Shown: positions 27,226 through 41,001 of the stretch, one piece after another | Layout: each line of letters begins with the position of its first letter | Numbering within the stretch: position 1 is the stretch's first letter | Source: Octopus vulgaris | Taxonomy: Eukaryota | Length of the DNA: 64,000 bases | NCBI GenBank assembly: GCA_951406725.2 | Contig: OX597816.1 | Span: 149,296,001-149,360,000 of the forward strand | Reading direction: 5' to 3' | Translations under genes and position numbers: made by a program | Notes under the pieces: generated by a model | Seen by the model: only the letters and a program-made list of their open reading frames with translations | Database searches by the model: none | Told to the model about the DNA's origin: nothing

Positions 27226-28739
27226 CAGTATCTTGCAAAAATATGTACACCCCTAAACAAATTTCAGTAAAATTGCCATTACTCTGATAATATCGAAGGA
27301 AATCAAACGAAATTTATACAGAATAAAGTATATTATACATGCAAATATACAAATTTGGAATACAAAACAATAAGCATTTTCAAACGATACAAAAATATGT
27401 ACACCCCAAAGAATTATTTGCCATATTCAATATTTGGTGTGACCGTCCTTGCTTTCAATGACAGTTTTCTGGGCATAGAGTCAACTAAATTTCAGCAGTT
27501 AACCGATTAAATCAACCTCCATTCATCCTGAATGATGGCTTTCAACTGTGTTACACTGCGGGGCTTTTTTCTCCTCAACCTTACTTTTCAAAACACCCCA
27601 CAGATGTTCTATTGGGTTGAAATCAGGGGACATGGTAGGTCAAGGCAATGCCTTTTCCTTTTTATATGTTAAAAACTAAGTCGTCATCTTCCTAGTTCTT
27701 TGAGGCTTTTCAACATTGCTTTCTGCAATAAGTCACAATAAAGCCTCGAACCCATTGTTCTCTCAATAAATGTGAGTCCTCCCACACCAGCCGCACGCAT
27801 GCATCCCCAAAGCCTAACACTTCCACCGCCATGTTTCAGGGCAGGCACGGTGCATTTGTCACTATCTTCACCTGGTGGTCGCAATACTCATTTAATACCA
27901 TCTGACACAAACAGGTTGATTTTAGGCTCGTCAGAAAAAAAAAAAACATTCAAAAACTCCTTCCCCTTACTTACGTAGGCTTCGGCAAAAGAAAGACGAC
28001 TTGATTTATGCCTGGTAGTGAGGAGAGGCTTCCTACGAGGAATACGTCCATGAAGACCACACTGGTTCAAACTTCGGCGAACTGTTTGAGCGGATACACT
28101 CTTTTCACTTACAGAAGACACTTCTTGGGCCAAAGATGAAGCGGTACGACGCCTGTCGTCCATCACGCAACGTTGGATGTGTCGAATATCACGCGCAGTT
28201 AAAATAGAAGGGCGACCTGGACGATGTTTATTGCTTAGCCGTCCAGTAGCTTTGTACTTCTGAATTACTTTGGCAATTGTGTTTACGCTAATATCTGTTC
28301 GTTCGCTAATTAACTTGTATCCTAAACCATTCTTGTGCAAATTAAAAATAATTTTCTTCAAATCTTCAGACAATTCTTTTCCTTTTGGTGCCATTTTAAT
28401 CACAATGAAGATTTTCACCACGGTACACAAATAAGAATTCCTGTAGATGCAATAACAGTAACCGGTGCAAAAATGCCAGAAGAAATAATTTATTAGAATT
28501 GAAATTATCAGCAATATTTTGATTTAGTGAAAAAAGTGGATAAAATATTGAATGTAGCAAATTTCCTCTATTGTGTACATATTTTTGTAACGTTTGAAAA
28601 TTAATATTTCGTTCCTATCTTTGAAAATGTTTATTATTTCATTCAGTATAAATTTCGTTTGATTTTCTTCGATATTATTAGTGTAATGGCAATTTTACTG
28701 AAATTTGTTTAGGGGTGTACATACTTCTGTGAGATGCCC
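27226..28739 (-). mobile_element. Tc1-family (IR/DR type) transposon with disrupted catalytic domain
   Basis: ~200-bp TIRs starting TA|CAGTATCTTGC, with repeated AAAAATATGTACACCCC sites. Transposase MAPKGKELSEDLKK...GRP...RRKPLL...FSDE, then frameshift to KHGGGSVRLWGC; second-D region missing; SPDFNPIEHLW remnant. Confidence 0.92.
27975..28394 (-). CDS. Intact Tc1 paired-like HTH DNA-binding region (140 codons); candidate exapted exon
   Basis: Open from ATG 28394 to a phase-0 donor TAC|GTAAGT after 27975; acceptor-like TTATTGCATCTACAG| before 28440. The visible lesions lie downstream of the donor. Confidence 0.45.
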
Positions 28740-29339
28740 TCTCTCTATATATAGATATATAGGTTATGTTTAAAATTAAAGTTTAGATAATATACTTTAA
28801 ATTGTAGTATCGAAAACTTGTTTTGGGCTAATGTCCTTAATAGTGTGCCTTGAGAGCATGTTTACCACATTCGGTTGCCAGGCGTCATCTGCGGTGCTAC
28901 ACTTTAGTCGCAGGATCTACATAAGGAATTCCTCAGTGGACATTTAGTATATTTTTAATAATTGATAGGGAAGACAATGTGTACTACAAGCTTTAATTAG
29001 CATGACAATCATTTCGGCTTACGTTTGAACTACTCCCTAGTGGGTGGAGGACGATATAATGGAAACTTCTAAATCACTATGCCGTGCTTGCACTTATATT
29101 AAACATATATATACACACATGTACATATATATATATATGTATGTATACACACATATATTTACATATATATATATATACATACATATATATACACACATAT
29201 ATATACATATATATATATGCATACATATACACGCACACACACGTATGCACACTTATAGAAATACATATGTGTACATATCTCTTTTACTCGTTTCAGCCAT
29301 GCAGCTGTGATCATGCTGGAGCACCACCATGATCTTTCT

Positions 29340-30125
29340 GACTTCCTCAGTCTGGGTGTTTCACATTACCACTCCTGTATGTGCCTTTGTCCCAGCTGTT
29401 GGTACATTTGGTGTATAAGGGAGTTTGATTCTGCTGCCCTCATGTCGGGCTGTTAGTTCATCCGGTATTGTGGAGAGGAGGATGTCTAGTTCCTTTTTGA
29501 AGACATCTATTTCTACCTTATGCAAATTTCTTAATTTTTGTGGCAGTGCATTGAAGAGCTGTGGGCCTTTGAGCCCTATACTACTGCAGTACCTGGTCCT
29601 GAATTTAGATGGAGTGGATGGCACCTTTGGTACAATACAATGGTGGCCAGTTCTGGCATTTGTATAACACTCAATGCCAAAGTTAGGTACTAGCCCTTCT
29701 AGGATTTTCAATATGTATATTATTGCACATCTCTCATGCCTTTGCTCCAGGGAGTAAAGCAGTAGTTTTCTCAGCTTATCCCTGTAGTTCATCTGCTGCA
29801 CTGTTTCAATCTTTTTAGTGTAGTGGCGTTGAACTGCTTCAAACTACTTAACATCTGTTTTTAAGGAAGTCATGCAGCCACTCTCCAAGATTATCAGCAA
29901 TGCCCTCTGCGAAGTCAAAGTGTATCACACTGACACCTGAATGGTCAAACAGCTGCTTCAAAGCCCAGTCATAGTGCTGTAAAAGCTGTGAGAAGCAGCT
30001 TCTTCCTGGACAGAGGCTATGCTGTGTATTGTTCAGTAGATCATTTTCTTCCAGGAACATTATCAACTTTCTGATGATTTGCTCCATAACTTTACTGATA
30101 TGCGAAGTCAGAGAGATTGGTCTGT
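29340..30125 (-). mobile_element. CR1/L2-group LINE reverse-transcriptase fragments
   Basis: YRPISLTSHISKVMEQII...LNNTQH...GRSCFSQLL...FDFA and C-terminal LYSLEQRHER...GPQLFNALP...FKKELD. Confidence 0.8.
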
Positions 30126-30325
30126 ACATATATATATATATATATACACGTACATCTATATACATGCAACAGGCAACAACAAAATATCCAGACAAATGAT
30201 ACAAAAAGGTAAAAGAAAAAACTAGGATGGGTCATTTCGAGTTTGCTTTGCTCAGTCTTGAGTTAAACCAGCCAAAGCTGCAAGCTTTGGCTGGTTTTAC
30301 TCAAGACTGCTCCAATCTGGCCAGC

Positions 30326-30356
30326 AGATGTATGTATATATATATATATATATATA

Positions 30357-30396
<40 letters not shown>

Positions 30397-30810
30397 TATA
30401 TATATATATACATACATATATACACACACACATATATATATATATATATACACACACACATACACACGTATTTTTACATCTATCTATATATATATATATG
30501 TATGTATATATACATATACATTTTATTTTTTAATCTTTTATTTTTTAACTCCTATCTTACTTTAAGGATCTCAATATCATTTAATACTACATATATGGAT
30601 ATGCAAGTGGATACATGTGTGTGGATATGATTGTGTATGTATATGCATATGGGTATATGTATATATGTATACTTATGTACCTGTATGCGTGTGCGTGACT
30701 GTAAGCGTGTGTGTGTCTGTCCATATCTGCGTGTGCATGCATGTATATAGATATATGTGTATGTATATGTGTATATATATATGTGTTGTGTGTATATGTA
30801 TGTATGTCAT
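30326..30810. repeat. Long (TA)/(CA)/(TG) compound microsatellite
   Basis: Directly visible; source of several spurious ORFs. Confidence 0.95.
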
Positions 30811-31529
30811 TATACTTAATTCCTTCCTCTCTGATTACTACCTATTACACTAACCTATGCAATCATATATGTCTATTTATAGAAATTTGACATCCTTGTA
30901 TTCTTCCCTCCACTTTAAAATTACTTCACACTTTGATAACACCCCACCCATCCCTTAATGCAGTTCTATCATATCACCCCTACTCATCTCTTCATATCCT
31001 TCCCCCATTCCTCCCCTCACATTATCTTAACCACCAATTACCACTCCTTTTCTCACTTCTTTCACCCTTCACTTTTTTCTTTTTCACTCTTTTTCTTACT
31101 GTCATTTTCTCTTCTTGTTTTCATTTTGACCTATCTCCTCATTCTAAACATACACATACCCCCCATCTATCCACAAATACTGCCAATACATTCTGAAATT
31201 TTCATTCATACCACAAGACCCTTTTGAATGAGCAAGACAGAATCCACTGCTCCATACTTTGAAATGAACTACTATCGGAACTCACATACCATGTATAGGA
31301 AACTTTTTTTTACCACTTCTATACACCACTTTCTTCAAATAATGGAACTGCAACTACAATATCTTTATATTTTGTATTTTTATTTATACTTTCATTCTCT
31401 TATTTCCCTCTATATTCCCTATCTCCTCCTTTTCCACAATAATTCCTTATTTCGAACTCAAATATTACCTGTGCTGATGGGACATTAAAAGCACCCAGTA
31501 GTCTTTCTTGTGGGGTAAGATTTCCTCAA

Positions 31530-32110
31530 AAGCCCAAGATCCTTAGTAGTAGTAGATAGTTTCCATTACCTAAGGGACCAAATTAGCAGTGGAGTAAGGT
31601 GCTCTGAAAGTGTAATTGCTAGAATAAGAACTGCTGCGTAATGTTCAGAGAGCTTTTATCTTTGTTGATAATAAAAACCTCTCTCATAGAATGAAAGGTA
31701 GATAGTATGATACCTATATATGAACAGCTGTGCTTTATGGTAGTGAAACATGGGCTGTGAATGCAGAGGACACGTGAAGTTTGAAAGAAATGAAGCAAGT
31801 ATACTCAGCTGGATGTGTGATGTTAGTGTGTATGTATGACAAAGTGTGAATGTGTTAAGAGAAATGTTGGATATAAGAGTCATCAGATGCTGTGTGCAAG
31901 AGAGAAGACTGCACTGGTTTGGTCATGTGATGCATATGAAGACAGCTGCATAAAGAAGTGCCAATCTTTAAATGTGGAAGAGACCCAGAAAAATGGGGAC
32001 AAAGTGGTGCAAAATGCTCTTCAGATGTTGAGCTTCATAGATGAAATGACAAAGGACCGAGACAATTGATGATTTGCTGTGCTTGAGAATACCTGACCAG
32101 CTAAGAAAAA
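31530..32110 (+). mobile_element. RTE-clade LINE 3' fragment, degraded
   Basis: Remnant LYGSETWAVNAED...ERNEAS; same family as 17290-18650. Confidence 0.65.
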
Positions 32111-34682
32111 CCAAGGCCAAAGAGGCATGTCTTTTATGTCCATGCTCTGTCTCTGACAAATCTCTCCTTGTCCAGTTTTCCCCAATACCTCCCTTTCTGC
32201 CCATCAGTGTCTACCACTCACTGTATTCTCCTCCCCTCTATCTCCCACTCTCCCTTGCAAATCCACCAGAACACTGTCTTTGTCAAATCTTTTCCCATCA
32301 AAATACCTGCCTAACACCCTTCCCTCTACCTGTGGCCATTCACTACATCCCTCTCCCCTCCATCTTCCACTCTCCTTTCACAACATTGCAAACATACCCT
32401 CCCTTCACTCTCCCCTATACCAGGTCTACTTCACTATGTACCCCTCCCTGTAACTTTGATGTATACTCTTTCACATCTTCACTATCTAATCTCTCCCCTC
32501 TCCTCTCTCTCTGAATGAGGTAGCCATGCATCTCATCTACTGTCCCTCTATTCTTCTTATTCTAACATATCACCTGGCACGAAGCCCTCCCTCAGTACTA
32601 TTCCATTCTCAGTTAAGGGGTTTTGTTTTGCAAATTACTAGATAACCTTACTGCTGCTGGTGGCACGAAAAAGGTCCCAGTACACTCTGTAAAGTGCTTG
32701 GCATTATGAAGGGAGCCCAGCTGTAGAAACCATGCCAGCAAGGAAGGAGCATGTTAAATGATGATGATGATGATATACATTATGTAATACACACATACAC
32801 ATACATATAGCATACCATCATCATTTAACATCCATCTTCCATTCTGGCATATATATTATATAAAACAGGGAAAAGATATTTACTTGCATCCAAGTATGAA
32901 TGTAGGCAAATTGATTTTGGAGTTAAAAATGTAATCAGGGCTTAAAATGGATTGTAGGTTTTTTTTTCAATTCAATTTTTTAAAGTCTATTGAAATACTA
33001 TATTAGTTTCAGCATTTAAAAAACTTTTCAATGGTAAATGAAAAGAAAAAAAGAGCAAACAAGATAAAAGAAAATGAACAAGAAAAGTTCCATAGCAACA
33101 AAATCTGTTCAAAAATCAATAGGTTTCAATACAAAATTACATTATGAAAATTTAAGTTTTCGATAAGTTTCATAGCATTAAGAAATGATGAGAGTTCAAA
33201 TATTCATAGTAATAATAATAATTGCAAGAATAGGTTTCAAAGTAATAAGTTATGATAGCAATTTGATATGATGATGATTTTAAGGAATAAAAAAATAATT
33301 TTTTACAAGTCCAATCATGCTGTGTTCATCATTTACTTTATTTGTGGAACTTGAACTAGGTTTTCAGCTGATATTGCTGTGTATAATTTCAGCTGATATT
33401 GTTGTGTTTTAAGACAGTTTCAAGTCCTGATTTGTTTTTCACTCAATGACATAATTTGTTTTTGACAACCAGTGGTCCAGCTTTCTGGTTGGCTGACTGC
33501 CGAAGTGCACTGTTTGTTTATCATATTTTCTGATGATACATTAATGCTCAACAGTAGTCTGAACATGTCTGTGTCCAATGGTGTGGTTGGTTGACTATTT
33601 AAGAACATTATATGTTTAGCAAATATCCTGGTCAGTTGTTTTTTTCTGACAGTTAGTTGGCTGATTCACTTATGATGTCACGGTTGGTTGTATGTATATG
33701 AGCATAACCTATTTTTCCCCCGAATAGACTCAGTTTTAAACAAAAACAAAAATCCCACATAGTGTAATTAAACAGTAATTTGAAGTTAAGTTTTCAAATC
33801 CCAGAGCAAGACAATTTTATAATATATACATATGATACTAATAATAATAATCTCTTATTATAAAAGGCAGATTTTATCTGCCTCCCTTTGTCAGTTATAG
33901 AAATCTACAATATAGGATTTCTTCAATTACAATTTACTTAGCATTTTTAAGAGTAGAATGCATCGGGTTTTGCCAGGTCAACTTTTTAAAATTTAAACTC
34001 CAATTAAGCAAAATTTACAGAAAACTCACATTCTGGTGTGTATGTCAAATGCTTTTCTTAATGTGTTTTACACCACACGCACACACACAGTATGCAACGA
34101 ATAAAATGAAAGTAATTCACCTTTTGTAGTGAGTGACTCTTTCAGTCTGCCACTTCCTCTTTACACACATAGACACGCAAATATATAAATAAAATTGTAA
34201 GCTAACGTGCGTGTGTGTGAGTGTGTGTGTGTGCGTGTGTGTGAGGGTGCGTGTGTGTGTGTGTGTGTGTGCGTGCGTGTGCGTGAGTGTGTGACAGGAA
34301 AGTATTTTAGGACGAATATAAGACCTATATCGGCGATGTTTCGCTTGTCGTAGCACAGGTTTCCATCGATTTCCGTAAAAAACTTTTATTTTTTTACATA
34401 AGTAATGAGAGCGAAAGAGACTAAGAGAAAGCGATTGTATGACGAGGGAAGTTCTTTTGAAGTTACCGTGCATGGGACGCATTGATGTACATGTGTGTGT
34501 GTGTGTGTGTGTTTGATGGAGTGTGGGAGACAGACAGTATGTTGTGTAAGTGAAGTGCTTCTGTTAGTGTGTGTGAAGAGACAGAGAGAGTGATGTGTGA
34601 AAGAGAGAGATAACTGAAATTTTTTACTCGGTTTATGTTATATGTATGTATGCATGTATGTGTGTGTGTGTGTGTGTATGTA

Positions 34683-34713
<31 letters not shown>

Positions 34714-34799
34714 ATGTATGGCCGATTCAGTGTTTACATTTTTTACGGAAATCGACGGAAACGTGTGCTACGACAAGCGAAACATCGCCCCTATATCCA

Positions 34800-35280
34800 A
34801 GTAGCACAGAAAGATCGCCCAAAAGTGTATATAGATATTTAAATGTATTTATATATTCATCTATACACAGATGTATGTATAATGTGTGTGTATATATTTC
34901 CATACACGTAACCATTCACTCCCACAAAGTTTTTTAGGACGAAAATAAGATCTAAAGTTATCTCTAAGTAGCACAGAGATCGCCAAAAGTGTATATAGAT
35001 ATATAAATGTATTTATATATTCATCTATGCACACATGTATGTATAACGTGTGTGTATATATTTCCATAGAGGTAACCATTCACTCCATACAAAGTTTTTT
35101 AGCACGAAAATAAGATCTAAAGTTATCTCTAAGAAACAGAAAGATCGCCCAAAAGTGTATATAGATATTTAAATGTATTTATATATTCATCTATACACAC
35201 ATGTATGTATAATGTGCGTGTATATATTTCCATAGAGGTAACCATTCAATCCATACAAAGTTTTTTAAGGACGAAAATAT
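34800..35280. repeat. ~165-bp tandem repeat, about 3 units, inside the Helitron
   Basis: AGATCGCC(C)AAAAGTGTATATAGATAT recurs near 34812, 34977 and 35142. Confidence 0.85.
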
Positions 35281-35511
35281 TTATATATAAAAGAAAGGTT
35301 GTGTGTCTGTCTACTCCGATTTAGATTCCTAACTACTCCCACATTTTGCGATGCGGGTATCTTATAGTCATGATTCATATCGAGCCCTTCTGGGTATTAG
35401 CGCGCGTCTACGATGAGACTATGATTTTACAAATAATTTACCATCATTTTTTTCCATTTTAATGCATATTTTAAAAAATAAACGGAAGTAACTCTCAAAC
35501 TTCACACCAAT

Positions 35512-36030
35512 ATGCGTGCTCATATGCGACGTAATATCACATCAGCAGCATTTCCTCACACCCTCCTTGCACTTGGCGAAGGCAAAATACCAGGGGATGA
35601 AAATGGTAATATTGCCATCGATTCCATTTGTACCATTGTTAAGACGCCTTCTGATCTCAGAGATGCAGTGTTCCCAGATCTACAAGCTAATTATCAGAAT
35701 ATGGATTGGATTGGCAAAAAGGCTATACTGGCCCCGAGGAATAAAACTGTTCACCATATTAATGATGAAATGCTAAAACTCATTCCTGGGGAAGTCTATG
35801 TATATCAGTCTATCGATACAACTCCTGACCCAGAGGACGTCATCAACTATCCAATAGAGGTACTCAATTCCTTTGAGCACCCCGGACTACCACCACACTT
35901 TCTCAAACTTAAAGTTGGTGCCCCTATAATGCTCATCAGAAATTTGGTTCCCCCAAAACAATGCAATGGCACACGTTTGATCGTTAAGTCCTTATCTCCC
36001 CACCGTAAGCTTATATCAATATTTGCCTGA
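35512..36030 (+). pseudogene. Helitron RepHel PIF1-like helicase fragment
   Basis: AILAPRNKTVHHIN...YPIEVLNS...GLPPHFLKLKVGAPIMLIRNL...CNGTRLIV. Confidence 0.85.
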
Positions 36031-36789
36031 ATAATCATCATAATTCAGTGCAATCATTAACAGTACTTTCAAGCAATTCAGCCCCGAGCAACGCCGGGCA
36101 ATTCTGCTAGTAATAATAATAAATGCAAAATTCTGTCTGTTTGGGACCCCTGTATCTCAGTCTACATTTGCTCTACATAGACGTATTATAACTTTTTGGA
36201 ATTAGGATGATTCTGAGATTGAAAAGCTGCCCTTCATTTGGTTCTTGAACATCCAGTGTTGTGATCTGATTTTAAAACATTTGGGTTACTATTTCTAGCA
36301 GGTAAAGCTTGGCTGATTCATGCCATCTTGGCTGGTGTTTGTCAGATGAAATCAGAAATCAAGGGGGATATAAATGACATTTGCTTTGTTAATTTTATAT
36401 CAAGAAAAAAACTTTGGAACAAATTGGCCAACAGTTGGGATTCAAATTGGGACTGGAACAAAAGAATGATTGCAGTACAAAATTAATTCTCACCTGTCCT
36501 TAAAATATGATCAAACACCACTGGGGCATATAGTCATTATAGACATATTATAGTCATGCTTTTTAGCTGTCTTTAGTTTTGAACCACAGGCCCAATTAGC
36601 CCTTTGCAGGAGATAGCTTAAAAGTCTGCATAGAGTGTGGATTTTAAGCTAATATATATATATATATATATATATATTAGTATCTTAACTTTAAATTCAG
36701 TTTCATTAGTAGGCCAGGACCTATAGAAGGCACGTGCCTAAGATGCAGTGGGACTGAACCCAGAACTATACTACACTTCCACTACTTAA

Positions 36790-37040
36790 AACCTCCTCTG
36801 ATATGTGGCATTTAGTGAACAGTTGCTACCTCATCTGTATTTTCAGCCACAAGGCGGGTTCATCTGGAATTCTTCACAAGAGTAGAGCCAGCTCTGTTTT
36901 GAAGACACCTACATCCACCTCATGTAGGTCTCTCAGGCTTTTTGGGAGAATACTGAAGAGCTATGGCACCATGAAACCCAAGTTGTTGCAGTATCTGGTT
37001 CTGTGTCCAGATGGCAATGCTGGGATCTTTGTGAATATAC
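36790..37040 (-). mobile_element. CR1/L2-group LINE 3' fragment
   Basis: Homologous to the 29400-29650 region (RTRYCN.LGF.VP.LF..LPK.LR.LH). Confidence 0.6.
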
Positions 37041-37520
37041 AATAGTAATGTATAATAATATGTATTAATGTAAACATGTATGCATAATTTCTTCAATACT
37101 GAAATCATACTCCATAAAGAAGGTTGTGAAATAGAGGTCATACCTCCTCTTTATGGTTTTATACATGTGTGTGTGTATGTATGTAGGCATGCATATACAT
37201 GCCATGTTAAAAGCACCCAGTACACTCTATGGAGTGGTTGTCATTAGGAAGGGCATCCAACCATAGAAACCATGCCAGAACAGACAATGGAGCCTAGTGT
37301 GACCCTTGGCCTTACCAGCTCCAGGCAAACTGACCAACCCATGCAAGCATGGAAAATGGACATTAAATGACAATGATGATGATATACAAATATGTATGTA
37401 TATACATCAAAGCAAGGCTCAGCAACAGGAAGAACATCTCATCACAAAACTTTGCCTCAATTTCCTCCTAGTTAAACCATGCTAGCATGGAAAAACAAAT
37501 GTTAAATGGTGCTAATAATA

Positions 37521-38304
37521 TACAAGGCCTGATCGATAAGTATCTGGACTGTTGCCTGAGTAACAAAGCTAAAGCATGAAGAGTGAAGCCGCTTGGCAAA
37601 GATTGACTTTGAACTCTGCTGTGCATTGACCATGACAGAGATCGTTGCATTGACCATGACATAGAAAGTTGTCATGGCGATACCTGCTCAGAGGCCAATG
37701 TGAAGTTGTAGAAAGTGTATGAGCCACACACAAGTGTACGAGTGGTTCAGACGTTTCTAAGATGGCCAAGAAAATGTTGATAGGGACAAACGTTCTGGGT
37801 GACCCACAACCAGCAGAACTGAGAAAAACATTGCAGATGTGTGTGTAGCTAAGAGAAATTGTCGAATCACCATCCATGAGGATGTGCAGATTAGTTATGG
37901 CTCAGTTCAGTCCATTATCACTGAAGATTTAGGTATGAGATGCATGTCTGCCAAGTTTGTGCCATAACTGCTTTCAGCTGACCAAAAAGCACTTGGGTTT
38001 CAGTTGTAAAAAATCTCCTTGATTGTACTGAGAACAATGAAAACTTTGCATAGGCCTCTGAGCAGGTATCGCCAAGCTTTCAGCAAAATTTGATTCAGAT
38101 TCTCTGCTCAACTTTCTCTGTCCTCGTCAATGCAATGATGACATGCTACACACATTCCTTCCAAGCACTGCTTGGAAGGAAGCAGAAGTGAGCTAGAACT
38201 AGGTAAAACTTAGTGCATATGCATAGCAGTGTTCAAGGTCAATCTGTGCTAAGCGGCTTCATTACTATGGCAACAGTCAGGTCACTTATTGATCAGATCA
38301 CATA
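37521..38304 (+). mobile_element. Internally deleted mariner element
   Basis: TIRs CTGATCGATAAGTATCTGGACTGTTGCC / GGCAACAGTCAGGTCACTTATTGATCAG; remnant SHTQVYEWFRRF and SAKFVP motifs. Confidence 0.75.
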
Positions 38305-38319
38305 TTTATATTGTTTATC

Positions 38320-38685
38320 TTTTACTTTTTACAGTCATTAGACTGTGGCCATTTTGGAGCATTGCCTTGAAGAGTTTTTAGTCAAATGAATCGACCTCAG
38401 CACTTTTTTAAAGCCTTGTACTTATTCCATCAGTCTTTTGTCGAACTGCTAAGTTATGGGAACATAAACTAACCAACAATAATTGTGAAGCAGTGGTGGG
38501 ACAAGCACAAAGACACACACACACATATGATGGTCTGTCTGTTTCCTTCCATAAAATCCATTCACAAGGCTTTAGTTTGCCCAAGGCTGTAGTAGAAGAC
38601 ACTTGGTCAAGGTGTCATGCAGTGAGACTGAACCTGGAATGGTGCAGTTGGGAGCAAACTTCTTACTACATAGTCATGCCTGGTA
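38320..38685 (-). mobile_element. tRNA-derived SINE with internal (TG)n; other copies at ~47380-47760 (-) and ~62250-62630 (+)
   Basis: Shared head GGTTC(C/T)(A/G)GGTTCAGTC(T/C)CACTGC..G(G/A)CACCTT and tail ATGGCCACAGTC.AATGACTG.AA. Confidence 0.75.
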
Positions 38686-40589
38686 GAAGACCCCAATTTG
38701 GTGGTGGTGATGTGTAAAACAGCTGATAAAATATACGATTCTTGACTAGTACTTAATATGTCAAATCTAGAAGGCAAGGCTAAGTCAAGTCTCAGAGAGA
38801 TTTGAAGTTAGAACATGAAGAAATATAAATACTGTAAGGTATTTTGTCCATGATCCATCAATTCTGCTCTTCACAAATCAGCAAAAATAAACTGCAAATT
38901 ATATTACTGGTTCATTCATATATTAATATTTAGTCATTCACTGGTGTATTTTGAACTCACACAATGATTAAAATAGCTTTCATTTTTTACTCTACAGATG
39001 GTCCATTAGTTTTCATAATACATTTAAACATTTGAATAAAAATACTTGGCTCAAGTGTCACAAGAAAAAAATGTTGGTTTCTAGGAAAAATTGTTTCGCT
39101 TTTACTGTCATAGATTTGCTTTGATTGCTTGACAACAAGCTACTTAACTCCTTTTAAGAATATTCATTTCTTTTATTGTTCATTTTGTTCTCTGAGATTG
39201 CCTGAAACGGTGAATATGTAATTTCTCATTGTTTGAAAGCAGTTGCTTGTTCTGGTTGTCAGCCAACTTGTCTGCTGCTTTTCAGCAGTGCCTTTAGGTC
39301 ATCTGATGACTACTGCTTCATCAAGTGTTTCTGTGGGTTTGTAGCTGCTTCTTTAGCTTGATTTCAGCATATTGTCTGTTTCTGGTAACTTCTTTTGCTT
39401 CTTTCTGTGTTTTACTAGCATGTTTCTGTTGTCTTGTAGTAGCAGACAGAGTTTGTAAAACTGGTTTACATGCAATAAGACCCCCAGATGAGTCTTTGTT
39501 AATGACAAAGATTGGGTTCAAATTTCCTCTTTCCATATCTTCCTCCCAATTGAAATCTCTCCCTTCAAACACTAACTTACTAATGAAGCTACTTTGCTCT
39601 CATATATCTCCTTTCTCTACTTTTCTTAAAATGATCTCTTTTCTTTAATTTAGATGACAGTAGTTGGATGCTTGTAAATGTGGAGATTAGAAAAGTTAGA
39701 TATTTATTCAATAAAATATTCTGAAAAGGTTTAAATTGCCTTTTTTATACCTCTATATTATAGATTAAATATATCTCAAATACGATACACCTATTTCTCT
39801 TGCTTGAGGTAAACACCTTTGTGCAAGGTGTAAGCTTAAAATGTTAATTATGTTAATTTCTATCACATTTGCTCCTTATCAGTTTGGTTCACTTCTATTA
39901 CTCTCTTTCATCTACCACTTTGTCTTATGACTACTGAGAATGAGACACCATCTGGCTGGTGCCAATGAATGAATGAAGACTCTTATGTGTTGTGAGAACA
40001 AGACAGCTTTTCTACTAGTGATGGTGTTAAGATAAAATATACTCAGTATTTTCTTGGCAAACAAATGGAGACAACATAAAGGAAGTCTCTAATCTTTTCA
40101 AGAACATGATAATCTTTTTAGCAGTGGTGCCTAGATAAAATGGATTCAGTGAACTGTGTAAAGTGGTAAACAATAGGAAGGGCATTCGACTATAGAAACC
40201 ATATCAGACTAAGATGTGGTCCCCATCTCACCTAGCAGGGCAGTTATTCTAAATAAAAACCAAATTGGCACATAACCCAAACAACTCATGCCAGCATGTA
40301 AAAGTAGACATAAAAGATGAGTGCTCTTAGCAATTCAAGACTGTGATTTGATTTTGATTCCTAATACCCTAGGGTAAAACAAACATAATTCTACATTTCT
40401 CCTTCCTCAATCTGGTGCTTTGTTCTCAGCAAAAGAAAATATATTATTTATCCTAAGCAAATGATATTGGGTCAGTTAGCAGGCACAACAGCACTCAGTG
40501 TTGAATTAAATTTCTCCTGAAGAAGGCAATGATAACCACATCTGCTTGTCATTAACATGATAACAAATTTCATTACATCGACTCTTAAT

Positions 40590-40962
40590 GTTCAACAAGT
40601 ACTTATTTTATTGACACTGAAAGGATGAAAAGCAAAGTCGACCTTGGCTGAATTTGAACTCAGAACAGAGCAATGGGCAAAATACTACTTAGTATTTCGT
40701 CCAGCATGCTAACAATTCTGTAAGCTTGCCACTTTAATAATGATAATAATAATCTTATTTAATATAGACACAAGGCCTGAAATTGTGGGGAGAGGACTAG
40801 TTAATTACATCAACTCCAGTGTTTCACTGGTACTTAATTCATCAATCCCGTAAGGATGAAAGGCAAAGTCAACCTCGGCAGAATTTGAACTCAAAACATA
40901 GCGATGGGTGAAATAACGCTAAGCATTTCCTAGTGTGTTAACAACTCTTCCAGCTCGCAGCC

Positions 40963-41001
<39 letters not shown>

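Larger units (their letters stand above)
33851..36110 (+). mobile_element. Non-autonomous Helitron with PIF1 helicase fragment
   Basis: 5' A|TC start; 3' hairpin GCCCCGAGCAACGCCGGGC followed by CTAG|T; internal ORF 35512-36030. Confidence 0.88.

Noticed and set aside
23270-34940. Many [12 protein letters not shown] ORFs
   Set aside because: Translations of dinucleotide microsatellites.
34800-35280. Regularly spaced repeats here and in 44800-46500 considered as a CRISPR-like array
   Set aside because: Units are whole tandem copies without unique spacers, lie inside transposons, and the DNA is eukaryotic with no cas genes.
39180-39720. Lys/Glu/Gln-rich minus-strand ORF (39321-39572) downstream of an acceptor-like site at 39720
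   Set aside because: No recognisable domain, in-frame stops between the acceptor and the ORF, and no clear donor.
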